DNA of 64,000 bases from NCBI RefSeq assembly GCF_052425735.1, contig NC_135770.1, positions 37,696,001 to 37,760,000 on the forward strand, written 5' to 3'. The notes beneath the pieces were generated by a model. That model was not told where the DNA came from. It worked only from the letters and a program-made list of their open reading frames with translations, and made no database searches. The translations under genes were made by a program, and so were the position numbers. Positions 11,950 to 25,126 of this stretch are shown in pieces; positions within the stretch are counted from its first letter, which is position 1; each line of letters opens with the position of its first letter. This DNA is from Oculina patagonica (taxonomy: Eukaryota).

Positions 11950-14900
11950 AACTGTGAACAGGGTTGTTTGGCATCATATTATACCCATTGCACACGGTCT
12001 AACCTTGTCCGAACATTTCTCTTAGGTTTAAGTCCGATATGAACTTTACTGCGCAATACCGATTGTCTGATCTTCGGTTTATTTGATCTTCAAACATCTA
12101 AAATGATCTTTATCTTAAAAGTTAGGTTGGTTTGGCTTCATCTAAAAACCATTAAGCACGGCTTAACCGTATCGGAACATTTCTCTCAGGTTTAATTGTG
12201 ATAAACAGTTTAGTGCGCAAAGCAAACTGCGTTTGATCTTCAAATATCCAAAATGCTCTTGACCTTCATACTAAGGATGGTTTAGCATCATATAAAATCC
12301 ATTCAGCAAGGTCTAACCGTGTCGGAACATTTCTCTCAGGTTTAAGTCGGATATAAACTTTGCTGCGCAAGGCAGAGTTTGTTTGATCTTCAAATACCTA
12401 AAATGCTATTGAACTTCAGAGTAAGGATGGTTTAGCATCATTTAAAAACCATTAAGCACGGCCTAACCGTGTCGAAACATTTCTCTCATGTTTAAGTCGG
12501 ATATGAACTTTGCTGCGCAAGGCACAATTTGTTTGATCTTCAAATATCTTATATGATAAATACCTTCAAAGTAAGGGTGGTTAAGCATCATATATAATCC
12601 ATCAAGCATGGCCTAACCGTGTCGGAACATTTCTCTCATGTTTAACTGGGATATAAACTTTGCTGCGCAAGGCAGAGTTTGTTTGATCTTTTAATATCTA
12701 AAATGATCTTTACTTCAATGTAAGAATGGTTTAGCATCATTTAAAAACCATTAAGCACGGCCTAACCGTGTCGTAACATTTCTCTCATGTTTAAGTGGGA
12801 TATAAACTTTGCTGCGCAAGGCAGAGTTCGTTTGATCTTTTAATATCTAAAATGATCTTTACTTCAATGTAAGGTTGGTTAGCATCATTTAAAACCCATT
12901 AAGCACGGTCTAACCGTGTCGGAACATTTCTCTTATGTTTAAGTGGGATATAAACTTTGCTGCGCAATACACATTTTGTTTGATCTTTTAATATCTAAAA
13001 TGATCTTTATCTTCTTAGTAAGGATGGTTTAGCATCATTTAAAAACCATTAAGCACGGCCTAACCGTGTCGGAACATTTCCCTCATGTTTAAGTGGGGTA
13101 TAAACTTTACTGCGCAAGGCAGAGTTTGTTTGATCTTTAAATATCTACAATGATCTTTACTTCAATGTAAGGATGGTTTAGCATCATTTAAAACTCATTA
13201 AGCACGGCCTAACCGTGTCGGAACATTTCTCTCATGTTTAAGTCGGATAAAAACTTTACTGCGCAAGGGAGAGTTTGTTTGATCTTTTAATATCTAAAAT
13301 GATCTTTACTTCAATGTAAGGATGGTTAAGCATTATATATAATCCATCAAGCACGGCCTAACCGTGTCGGAACATTTCTCTCAGGTTTAAGTCGGATAAA
13401 AACTTTGCTGCGCAAGACACAGTTTGTTTGATCTTTAAATATCCAAAATGCTCTTGACCTTCATACTTAGGATGGTTTAGCATCATATAAAATCCATTCA
13501 GCAAGGTCTAACCGTGTCGGAACATTTCTCTCAGGTTTAAGTCGGATATAAACTTTAATGCGCAAGGCAGAGTTTGATTGATCTTTTAATATCTACAATG
13601 ATCTTTATTTTCAAAGTAAGGGTGGTTTAGCATCATTAAAAAACCATTAAGCACGGTCTCACCGTGTCGGAACTTTTCTCTCAGGTTTAAGTCTGATACA
13701 AAGTTTACTGCGCAAAGCAAACTGCGCTTGATCTTCAAATATCTAAAATGCTATTGAACTTCAAAGTAAGGATGGTTTATTATCATATATAATCCATTGA
13801 GCAAGGTCTAACCGTTTCGAAACATTTCTCTCATGTTTAAGTCGGATAAATGCTCTGCTGCGCAAGGCACAGTTTGTTTGATCTTCAAATATCTAACATG
13901 ATCTTTCTCTTCAAAGTAAGGGTGGTTAAGCATCATATATAATCCACTGAGCAAGGCCTAACCGTATTGGAACATTTCTCTCTTGTTTAAGTCGGATATA
14001 AACTTTGCTGCGCAATACACATTTTGTTTGATCTTTTAATATCTAAAATGATCTTTATTTTCAAAGTAAGGATGGTTTAGCATCATTTAAAACCATTGAG
14101 CGACTGGAAAGCCTGGCAGGATTTTCTCGATGCTGCAAAGGCGCTCAACGAAACGTTGCTGTAGCGTGCGGCCAGTTTCGGCGATGCAGATCGTAGAACA
14201 ACGGCGGCAAGAGATGCCATACACTGAGCCAGTTATTTTGAGATGAAAGCATCCTTGATAACGATAAAGCATTTGGGATCCTGCAGGGCGCAGTCAAGAG
14301 AATTTGATCACGGGTGCGGCAGCTAGCGTGCGTGCATGGAAAAGTTCCCACGTTAAGACCAGACTGGCTACTGTCGGTGGTGTAAACTAAGACGACGTGC
14401 TATTAAAAAAAGCCCGAAACGTTTGGAACGCTATTTTGTTAAATTGGCACTTTAAACTCGAACACGAGAACTTTATTTTTTACGCTTTAAAGTACAAGTG
14501 TCACACAGCCAAGAATTTCTACTTGCTGGAGAGTTGATCAATCGAGAAAGGGTAGTTGCGATATTTACAATGCATATTGCTTTCTATTTCACCTTGGAAG
14601 GTCTTCAGCCACAATTACTCTCTTGATAGCACATTTTAAAAATACGAGGGGGTAAAGAATTTGTAGGCCCGGGCCTACGGGCCTATAGGCTAGATACGCC
14701 CCTGATCTTTACTTCAGTGTAAGGGTGGCTTAGCATCATTTTAAACCCATTAATCACCATCTCACCGTGTCGGAACATTTCTCTCAAGTTTAAATCTGAT
14801 AAAACGTTTACTGCGCAAAGCAAACTGCGTTTAATCTTCAAATATCTAAAATGCTATTGAACTTCAAAGTAAGGGTTGTTTTGCATCATATATAATCCAT

Positions 14901-17900
14901 TGAGCAAGGCCTAACTGTATTGGAACATTTCTCTCATGTTTAATGCGGATATAAACTTTGCTGCGCAATACAGATTTTGTTTGATCTTTTAATATCTAAA
15001 ATGATCTTTATTTTCAAAGTAAGGATGGTTTAGCATCATTTAAAAACCATTATGCACGGTTTAACCGTGTCGGAACATTTCTCTCAGGTTTAAGTCGGAT
15101 ATAAACTTTGCTGCGCAAGGCAGAGTTTGTTTGATCTTTTAATATCTACAATGATCTTTACTTCAATGTAAGGATGGTTAGCATCATTTAAAACCCATTA
15201 GGCACGGTCTAACCGTGTCGGAACATTTCTCTCAGGTTTAAGTCGAATATAAACTTTGCTGCGCAAGGCACAATTTGTTTGATCTTTAAATATCTAAAAT
15301 GATCTTTATCTTCTTAGTAAGGATAGTTTAGCATCATTTAAAAACCATTAAGCACGGCCTAACCGTGTCGTAACATTTCTCTCATGTTTAAGTGGGGTAT
15401 AAACTTTACTGCGCAAGGCAGAGTTTGTTTGATCTTTTAATATCTACAATGATCGTTACATCAAAGTAAGGATGGTTAGCATCATTTAAAACCCATTAAG
15501 CACGGCCTAACCGTGTCGGAACATTTCCCTCATGTTTAAGTGGGGTATAAACTTTACGGCGCAAGGCAGAGTTTGTTTGATCTTTTAATATCTACAATGA
15601 TCTTTACTTCAATGTAAGGATGGTTCGCATCATTTAAAACCCATTTAGCACGGTCTAACCGTGTCGTAACATTTCTCTCAGGTTTATGACTGATAAAAAG
15701 TTTACTGCGCAAAGCAAACTGCGTTTGATCTCCAAATATCTAAAATACTCTTGACCTTCAAAGTAAAGATGGTTTATTATCATACAAAATCCATCGAACA
15801 CGGCATAACCGTGTCGGAATATTTCTCTCTTGTTTAAGTCGGATAAAAACATTACTGCGCAAGGCAGAGTTTGTTTGATCTTTTAATATCTAAAATGATC
15901 TTTACTTCAATGTAAGGATGGTTAAGCATTATATATAATCCATCAAGCACGGCCTAACCGTGTCGGAACATTTCTCTCAGGTTTAAGTCGGATAAAAACT
16001 TTGCTGCGCAAGACACAGTTTGTTTGATCTTTAAATATCCAAAATGCTCTTGACCTTCATACTTAGGATGGTTTAGCATCATATAAAATCCATTCAGCAA
16101 GGTCTAACCGTGTCGGAACATTTCTCTCAGGTTTAAGTCGGATATAAACTTTGATGCGCAAGGCAGAGTTTGATTGATCTTTTAATATCTACAATGATCT
16201 TTATTTTCAAAGTAAGGGTGGTTTAGCATCATTAAAAAACCATTAAGCACGGTCTCACCGTGTAAGAACATTTCTCTCATGTTTAAGTGGGATATAAACT
16301 TTGCTGCGCAAGGCAGAGTTTGTTTGATCTTCTAATATCTACAATGATCTTTTACTTCAATGTAAGGATGGTTTAGCATCATTTAAAAACCATCAAGCAC
16401 GGCTTAACCGTGTCGGAACATTTCTCTCAGGTTTAAGTCTGATACAAAGTTTACTGCGCAAAGCAAACTGCGCTTGATCTTCAAATATCTAAAATGCTAT
16501 TGAACTTCAAAGTAAGGATGGTTTATTATCATATATAATCCATTGAGCAAGGTCTAACCGTTTCGAAACATTTCTCTCATGTTTAAGTCGGATAAAAGCT
16601 CTGCTGCGCAAGGCACAGTTTGTTTGATCTTCAAATATCTAACATGATCTTTCTCTTCAAAGTAAGGATGGTTAAGCATCATATATAATCCATTGAGCAA
16701 GGCCTAACCGTATTGGAACATTTCTCTCTTGTTTAAGTCGGATATAAACTTTGCTGCGCAATACACATTTTGTTTGATCTTTTAATATCTAAAATGATCT
16801 TTATTTTCAAAGTAAGGATGGTTTAGCATCATTTAAAACCATTGAGCAAGGTCTAACCGTGTCGGAACATTTCTCTCAGGTTTAAGTCGAATATAAACTT
16901 TGCTGCGCAAGGCACAATTTGTTTGATCTTTAAATATCTACAATGATCTTTATTTTCAAAGTAGGGATGGTTTAGCATCATTTAAAAAACCATTAAGCAC
17001 GGTTAAACCGTGTCATAACATTTCTCTCAGGTTTAAGTCGAATATAAACTTTGCTGCGCAAGGCACAATTTGTTTGTTCTTTAAATATCTACAATGATCT
17101 TTACTTTAATGTATAGGTGGCTTAGCATCATTTAAAACCCATTAAGCACGGTCTCACCGTGTGGGAACATTTCTCTCAGGTTTAAGTCTGATAAAACTTT
17201 TACTGTGCAAAGCAAACTGCGTTTGATCTTCAAATATCCAAAATGCTATTATCATACAAAATCCATTGAGCAAGGTCTAACCGTGTCGGAACATTTCTCT
17301 CAGGTTTAATTCGGATAAAAGCTTTGCTGCGCAAGGCACAGTTTGTTTGATCTTCAAATATCTTAAATGATAAATACCTTCAAAGTAAGGGTGGTTAAGC
17401 ATTATATATAATCCATCAAGCACGGCCTAACCGTGTCGGAACATTTCTCTCATGTTTAAGTGGGATATGAACTTTGCTGCGCAAGGCAGAGTTTGTTTGA
17501 TCTTTTAATATCTAAAATGATCTTTACTTCAATGTATGGATGGTTTAGCATCATTTAAAAACCATTAAGCACGCTCTAACCGTGTCGGAACATTTCTCTC
17601 AGGTTTATGTCTGATAAAAAGTTTACTGCGCAAAGCAAACTGCGTTTGATCTCCAAATATCTAAAATGCTCTTGACCTTCAAAGTAAAGATGGTTTATTA
17701 TCATACAAAATCCATCGAACACGGCATAACCGTGTCAGAATATTTCTCTCTTGTTTAAGTCGGATAAAAACTTTGCTGCGCAAGGCAACGTTTGTTTGAT
17801 CTTTTAATATCTAAAATGATCTTGACCTTCAAAGTAAGGGTGGTTTAGCATAAATCTTTTCTTCGCAATACACAATTGCTGTTGATCTTTGAAGTAATGG

Positions 17901-17940
17901 TTGTTTAGCATCATGTAAAACCCATTTATCACGGCCTTAT
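11950..17940 (+). repeat. Satellite array, 148-150-bp monomer, roughly 35 copies (left arm)
   Basis: aaccgtgtc(g)gaacatttctctca recurs at 12315, 12465, 12615, 12764, 12912 and onward; interrupted at ~14100-14703. Confidence 0.95.
14100..14703 (-). mobile_element. Foreign insert in the satellite, including a degenerate GIY-YIG endonuclease fragment (Penelope-like)
   Basis: Minus-strand pieces 'GTFPCTHASCRT' and 'VYGISCRRCSTICIAETGRTLQQRFVERL' resemble VY.I.C..C...YIGETGR.L..RF.EH; frameshifted. Confidence 0.65.
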
Positions 17941-18148
17941 CATTTAAAATATCATATCTCCGCTCAATGCAAAAATTAAATTAAATTGACAAAACACTGC
18001 CGTCATTTACTGGAAAACGCTTTATTGAATGACGTATTTGTGATAAGTTGTGTTGATTTCTATATGCATCAACGTTCAGCGAATAAAAATGAATAAAAGT
18101 AAACGGAAGGGGGAAAAAAAGAAGAAATGATTTGAACAGCGGACAGCG

Positions 18149-18964
18149 TTAACAAGGCGGACGGTAAAGCCACCGTTTAGTTATGCTGTCCACTCCACTG
18201 ATTGCTTGCTCCCTTAGCGCTGCATGAAGACCACCTTGCATGTATCTTTGCATGCTTTGTATGTCTTTCCAGCGACCACCTTCTGCAATAGTCGTATCGT
18301 CAGCCCCGCATCGCCTAGCCCATTTAGCGTGACTATGTCTCGAACTGTGTGTGGTGTACTGTTTGTAATCCGCACCCTCTGAAAGAAAAGTGTAATTGTT
18401 AATCCCTTTGTTAAAAGTTTTGTTTTCGTTCCTTAATGAACCCTTACATGTATGTTATTGAGTGACCGAAATTAATTTTAAGAAAACATGTGCAAAATAC
18501 TGCACTACTGTTAACTTCAATTACGTTTTAAAATCCACTTTACCTATATTTATCCCAGCATTTCCCATTATAAGCTGGTATATTTGCGACACATCCTTCA
18601 CCGTCAGAGCTCTTCCATCTACGAGAAAAGCAATATGATTAATGACATTTTTTTTATTTTTCGTCGTTTGTCCACAACGCAGGAAAGGTACAAGAAATGG
18701 CCTTTTTAGTTACCTTTGTCCTGCGTTTTCCCCTTTGGAAGAAGAACTTCCAGAAACGGGGGGATTATCCAGCCTTTATCCGGCTGGGGCGGGAAAGGTG
18801 ACCTCTTCCCTTCGCAAGTACAAGGCAAACATCATTAGAAACATGCACCAAAGTCGCAGTGCTTCTATCCTGGATATCCGATAAGGTTTGTCCATATATA
18901 TGCCAATATGCTTCCCATTCACTGCGTTATTTGGGCACACCAAGCGGGATTTATCACTCTTGGT
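18149..18964 (-). pseudogene. Intron-containing tyrosine recombinase (Crypton-like), internally deleted; exons ~18964-18803, 18783-18714, 18618-18544, 18378-18149
   Basis: Spliced translation LRLWCMFLMMFALYLRREE / PDKGWIIPPF...KDGRALTVKDVSQIYQLIMGNAGINIEGADYKQYTTHSSRHSHAKWARRCGADDTTIAEGGRWKDIQSMQRYMQ...* shows box-I Arg, H-x-x-R, W and catalytic Tyr; phase-consistent GT-AG introns; minus-strand AATAAA at 18021-18026. Confidence 0.85.
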
Positions 18965-19814
18965 CTAAGGCGCGCATTGCTCAAGTTGTCAGCAGTTGCC
19001 AGAAATTGAATACTTTAGCGTTTACGAGCATGCAAATGGTAAGAAGAAGCCAAATGAGAAGCATTCTAGCTGGGGAAAATTGCAAAAAACTACAGAACAT
19101 TATATGCGAGGATGTTACCGATTTTTACTTACGCCGACTTGTGGAGAAACTTCCAACTGCATCCACAGACGATAGAACTACGCCTGATGTCGAATTATTT
19201 GCCCCCATACCCACTGCCACTGCCAACCATATCGAAACTGGAGGAAATTGACGTACGCGTTGTACTTTATCAAAACCAACAAGAATATTAACATTAAATA
19301 ACACCGGATGGTTGAACTTTATGATAATTAAAAACGAGCAACCATTGACTGTTTCATCGCAACTATCAGCAAGAAAGTTACAACAGCGAGTAAGCATCAA
19401 ATTAGCACCTACTTAGCATCACATCTACGTGTGTGTCACCCCCACACTTAGGAAGTGAGCCGACTATAAGGAAGTGATTATGTTAAAAATGTGAAGTACG
19501 AGATTAAGATATCATTCCCTGATGAGTGTTTCTCGCTAGGGAGAATGACCCATTTCAAGTATGACATGCGTTAAGTATAAAATTGAAACAAAATTACCAA
19601 CTTTGTGGATAAAGATTAAAATGCGAGATCAAACCCTCTCTCTGATTGCCCTTGAAGTATTTCTCTTTCTAATGGTCGAGAGAAATGTGCGATTTCATGA
19701 AGGGCGTGCGCTGAGTATTGAAATTGAATTAAAACTACCGATTTTGCAGGCAGAGAGCATTTTGAAAATTGCACGATCATACACTCTATCCGTTTCAATG
19801 GCTTTTATAGGATG

Positions 19815-22390
19815 CTAGCCCACCCTTACTTTAAAGATCAAGAGCATTTAGGATATCTGAAGATCAAACAAAGTTTATTTTGCGCAGTAAAGCTGATTTC
19901 CGAGTTAGACCTGAGAGAAATGTGCCGACACGGTAAGGCCGTGCTTAATAGTTTTTTTTATGATGATACACCAACCTTAATTTGAAAGTTTTTATCCGAC
20001 TTAAACCTGAGAGAAATGCTCCGACGCGGTAAGGCCGTGATAAATGGGTATAATATGATGCCAAACTACCCTTACTTTAAAGGCCCAAAGCATTTTAGAT
20101 ATTCAAAGATCAAAGAAATTTTGTCTTGCGCAGTAAAGTTTATATCATACTAAAACCTAAAAGAAATGTTCGGACAAGGTTTTGCCGTGGGCAATGGGTA
20201 CAATATGATGCCAAACTACCCTTACTTTAAAGGTCAAGAGCGTGTTCAATTTTCAAAGATCAAACACGGTTTCTTTTGCCAGTTAACTTTTTATCCGACT
20301 TAAACGTGAGAGAAATGTTCCGACACGATTAAGCCGTGCTCCATGGGTTTTATATGATACCAAACATTTCCTCCTGCGCATTCAAGGTTTTATCCGACTT
20401 AAACCTGAGACCTTTAACCGTTACCTTTAAGTTCAAGAGTATTTTAGATATTTGAAGATCAAACAAAGTTTATTTTGCGCAGTAAAGCTAATTTCCAAGT
20501 TAGACCTGGGAGAAATGTGCCGACGCGGTAAGGCAGTGATAAATGGGTTTTATATGATGCCAACTAACCTTACCATTAAGTTCAAGAGCAAGTTAGATAT
20601 TTGAAGATCAAACACATTTCCTTTTGCGCATTCAAGTTTTTATCCGACTTAAACCTGAGAGAAATGCTCCGACGCGGTAAGGCCGTGATAAATGGGTATA
20701 ATATGTTGCCAAACTACCCTCACCTTTAAGTTCAAGAGCATTTTAGATATTTGGAGATCAAACAAAGTTTATTTTGCGCATTCAAGTTTTTATCCCACTT
20801 AAACCTGAGAGAAATGCTCCGACGGGGTAAGGCCGTGATAAATGGGTATAATATGATGCCAAACTACCCTTACCTTTAAGTTCAATAGCATTTTAGATAT
20901 TTAAAGATCAAACACATTTCTTTTTGCGCGTTCAAGTTTTTACCCGACTTAAACCTGAGAGAAATGCTCCGACGCGGTAAGGCCGTGATGAATGGGTTTT
21001 ATATGATGCAAAACTACCCTCACCTTTAAGTTCAAGAGCATGTTAGATATTTAAAGATCAAACACATTTCTTTTTGCGCATTCAAGTTTTTATCCGACTT
21101 AAACCTGAGAGAAATGCTCCGGCGCGGTAAGGCCGTGATAAATGGGTTTTATATGATGCCAAACTACCCTCACCTTTAAGTTCAAGAGCATGTTAGATAT
21201 TTAAAGATCAAATACATTTCCTTGTGCGCATTCAAGATTTTATCCGACTTAAACCTGAGAGAAATGCTCCGACGGGGTAAGGCCGTGATGAATGGGTTTT
21301 ATATGATGCCAAACTACCCTCACCTTTAAGTTCAAGAGCATGTTAGATATTTAAAGATCAAACACATTTTCTTTTTCGCATTCAAGTTTTTATCCGCCTT
21401 AAACCTGAGAGAAATGCTCCGACGCGGTAAGGGCGTCATAAATGGGTATAATATGATGCCAAACTACCCTCACCTTTAAGTTCAAGAGCATTTTAGATAT
21501 TTAAAGATCAAATACATTTCCTTTTGCGCATTCAAGTTTTTATCCGACTTAAACCTGAGAGAAATGCTCCGACGCGGTAAGGCCGTGATAAATGGGTATA
21601 ATATGTTGCCAAACTACCCTTACCTTTAAGTTCAAGAGCATTCTAGATATTTTAAGATCAAACACATTTTCTTTTGCGCATTCAAGTTTTTATCCAACTT
21701 AAACCTGAGAGAAATGCTTCGACGCGGTAAGGCCGTGATAAATTGGTTTTATATGATGCAAAAACTAACCTTTCCTCAAAGGTCAAGAGCATTCAAGTTT
21801 TTGAAGATCAAACAAAGTTTTTTTTGGATATTAAAATTTTTATACGACTTGAACCTGAGAGAAATGCTCCGATGCGGTAAGGGCGTGATAAATGGGGCTT
21901 ATATGATGCAAAACTAACCTTTCCTTAAAGGTCAAGAGCAAACACTGTTCCTTTAACGCAGTAAAGTTTTTATCCAACTTAAACCTTTGAGAAATGTTTT
22001 GCCGCTCAATGGGTTTTAAATTATGTTAAACCACCCTTTTATTAAAGGTCCAGAGCATTTTAGATATTTTACCGTTCAAACAATGTTTCTTTTGCGCAGT
22101 AAAGTTTTTATCCGACTTAAACCTGAGAGAAATGCTCCGACACGGTAAGACCGTGCTCAGTGGGTATTATATGATGCCGAAATACACTTACCTAAAAGGT
22201 CACGATCTATTTTTAATTTTCAAAGATCAAACACAGTTACTTTTCCTTGGGAATGCTTATATCCGTCTTACACATGAGGGAAGTGCACAGACATGGTTTG
22301 ACCGTGTTTTATGAGTTTTATTTTTATTTTTCGAAGATCAAAAGTTGCTTTTTACCGCAGTAAAGTTCATATCCGACAAAAACCCGGGAT
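19815..22390 (-). repeat. Satellite array, same 150-bp family in reverse orientation, roughly 16-17 copies (right arm)
   Basis: aacctgagagaaatgct recurs every 150 bp from ~20651 to ~21851; reverse complement of the left-arm monomer with its own diagnostic variants. Confidence 0.95.
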
Positions 22391-23428
22391 GTGATGGCAC
22401 AGTTTCCTTACGGCAAATGGTAGAGAGCGTTTTAAATATTTAAAAATTAATTCCAGTTTCTTTTGTCTATTGTATATAATATATCCACCTTACCTGTTTT
22501 TACATATACGGAACGATTAAGCTATGTTGTTTATCTAGACGTTTCTAAACTAAATGGCACCCTGTGTTAAACGGAGAAAAAATTATGCCGGCGAGACGGC
22601 TAGTGGTTTACCTTTTAATTGATTTTTGGAGATTTCTATTTTATAATGCTTAAGAACATACACATGTTATTCTCCCTTAAATTTAGTCGTAGCTGATTGC
22701 CGATGAACCCATGAAGTAAGACTCTAACACAGTTTTTTATGACCGGTTTCCTTTACTTTGGTGTTCTCTCACATAATTAACTTTTGCGTGACATTATTAC
22801 GTGACATCGCAACACGATGTATGGAATAATGTTACGGTTTCACATGGTTGCATTTAATGCCAGTTCAGACGTGAGCGCATTCGATTGCGTGCAGGCAGTA
22901 CTACAAAAGGTAGAACAGTATACGAAAAATTCAAGAGCTAAAGGGAGATGCGAGTAAAACGATTCCAAACCGCGTACATTTAAATAAAGGGTCGAAAGCA
23001 AAATCTTTTCATCATCAATTACAATTGCGCGTGCGTATTATTATAACGAAAAATGATTGGTTCTTGTGTTATGGCGGGAGATTCAAACAGCACCACAAGC
23101 CCGAAAAACAAATCGTCTATATAGCACAACAGCAGACTGTAGCGCCGATCCTTTCTGTGAGCGCAGAGGCGTTGTTTTCAAGCTACGCCAAGTGAGATAG
23201 GGTGACTGCAATGCTCTTTCCCTAACGCCTATCGGGCAAGGGTAATGTAGCATAAAGTCAATACCGGTTTAAGGCACGATTAAATCGCAGTCACGTGATT
23301 TTTGCACCAGTGCCTTTTTCAAGGTATTTTTCGGCCTTCTGGGCTTCGAAAAATAAATTTTGTATTTTTCGGAGCTTAGAAGAAGCTGAAAAAATCTCTC
23401 CTCCCTCCTTGGGGGGTCTGAAGAGAAT

Positions 23429-24950
23429 CAATTTTATTCAGCCACTTAATATACAGCTACGTAAGTCAAACCATTACTACATGTTTATAACAAGTACAGA
23501 GGAATCCGATTTTTTGAACCTCCGAGGGAAACCTGGTGATGGAAACAAGATCTGAGTTTGGTTCGAGAAATATAGGGAACTCGAGAAATCGAAGGCAACA
23601 TTGCAATCGTTGACAGAGTGAAGCAAGTCCAAAGCAAATAACCTTTGGTTCGAGTTATAGGGAAGTTCAAGTGGTCGAGAAATCGGGATTCCGTTGCAGT
23701 CTTTAATTTTATGTTAAACAATGACAAGTGCATACTATTTTAAAGCAACTGCCTCACCAATGGCGCGCCCTGAAACGTTAATATAGCTACAGTCCTGTCT
23801 CATTAATCTAATTTTAATCTCCTACAATGCCAACTATCCTTGTTACGCTGTTTTGGTGTTTTACTGTCTACTGAGATATTTGAAGGTTTTCTTCGATTTC
23901 AAGTGTGTCCGTGTTATAATACAATGCCATGCCATCCTTTTAGCCTTAGTAACGAAGGAAAACTCGGGTCTGCCCTTCTTGAGAAGAGATTATACAAAAA
24001 ATATATTATTGTTGGCTAGCACTAGTTAAGGTCTGACATCCTAGTCTAAACAAACAGGTTTATTCTTATATATCAAAACTTTTCCCTGTGGACGTTTTAT
24101 TCAAATCACCCTGATGATGACTTAGTCTAAGTTGTAAATGTTTCACTTTGTTTTTTTTTCTTTTTAAAGGTTTTAAACAAAATATTTAGCCTTGTAAATA
24201 GTTATTTTTACTAGTAAAGGGCTTAAACACCATATTTATGTAAAAAATAACAGAGACCCTAAGATTCGTAGTACCGGTACGAGATTCGCCAATTTACTAT
24301 TAGTAAAGGAGTAGGTACCTGCATGCAAGCCAGTGTCATTTTGGCGGGAAAATGACAGCCGTTGTCTTAGTACTTAGCAAGAACAAAGCAACAATTGCAA
24401 TAATTAAAACCAATTCTCGAAAGGTAAGTAAGCTCATATTCTCAATTACGAAATGGCAAACTAAACGGTCCTCAGGAAACTCAACCAGTCATTTATGATT
24501 TTCATAAAAGGTAAAGTAAAGCTTTCTGGCCGGAATTCATCATTTTTTAGTATTTCGCAAAAAAACGTAGTCGTACTCCAATTCGGGATCTAAAAGTCTA
24601 TAACAATACGGAGTACGAAAATTAACCCGTAAATCTTATTTCAGAGAGGACGATTAAAAAATTAAGACACGAAACTTTTGCTCCGGCTTTCAAATTACAA
24701 CTAACTTTAAACAAATATCAATAGTCTTAAATTAGTTAAATGTGGATTTAATTACTAAAGCAAGCGATGAGCAAAAATTTCAAAGCTCTACTATATCCCA
24801 AAGTATGTTTCGATAATTGTGTAATGCTCTGAAGTTTTTCATCAGAGAGTTTTTACGCCACGAAACTTTGGAACGATCTACCTTTTTATATCAAACAGTC
24901 TAAAAGCACAGCGATTTTTAAAAAGAACCTTAAAACATTTCTTTTTTAGT
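23429..24950. repeat. Spacer block shared by the three type-B units (also ~33687-35770 and 43621-44299 plus 51504-52460)
   Basis: Colinear matches such as acatgtttataacaagtacagaggaatccgatt and caattcgggatctaaaagtctataacaatacgg. Confidence 0.9.
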
Positions 24951-25126
24951 AATAGTTTTTAACATTGTCTTATATTATAATAACTGCATGTTTTAGTTAG
25001 ATTTTTAGCTAGTATATTTTAACTATTTTTAACTTAAAACTGAATGTCTGTATTTAACATCATTTTTAACTTTTACCTAATCGAGTAAGCGCATTGAGAA
25101 TTTTAAATGCGCAAATAAGAACCTTA

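Larger units (their letters stand above)
11251..23425 (-). mobile_element. 12.2-kb insertion: Crypton-like tyrosine-recombinase element carrying inverted 150-bp satellite arrays
   Basis: Flanks rejoin exactly to the paralogous empty site at 43611-43650 (ttaaaataat caattttattcagcc) and match the one at 28560; AAT repeated at 11248-11250 and 23426-23428; no TIRs; YR exons inside. Confidence 0.75.

Noticed and set aside
19026-19069. Possible extra recombinase exon RMLLIWLLLTICML
   Set aside because: It has plausible splice sites, but I cannot assign it to a YR motif in the correct order; left out of the model.
18642-19251. Plus-strand ORFs of 80 and 130 aa in the satellite core
   Set aside because: No recognisable motifs; they are antisense to the recombinase exons, which have proper splice sites and catalytic motifs.
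11950-22390. CRISPR-like array or coding repeat
   Set aside because: Monomers are contiguous with no unique spacers, the context is eukaryotic, and the short ORFs (15655, 21714, 22132) are chance frames in satellite.
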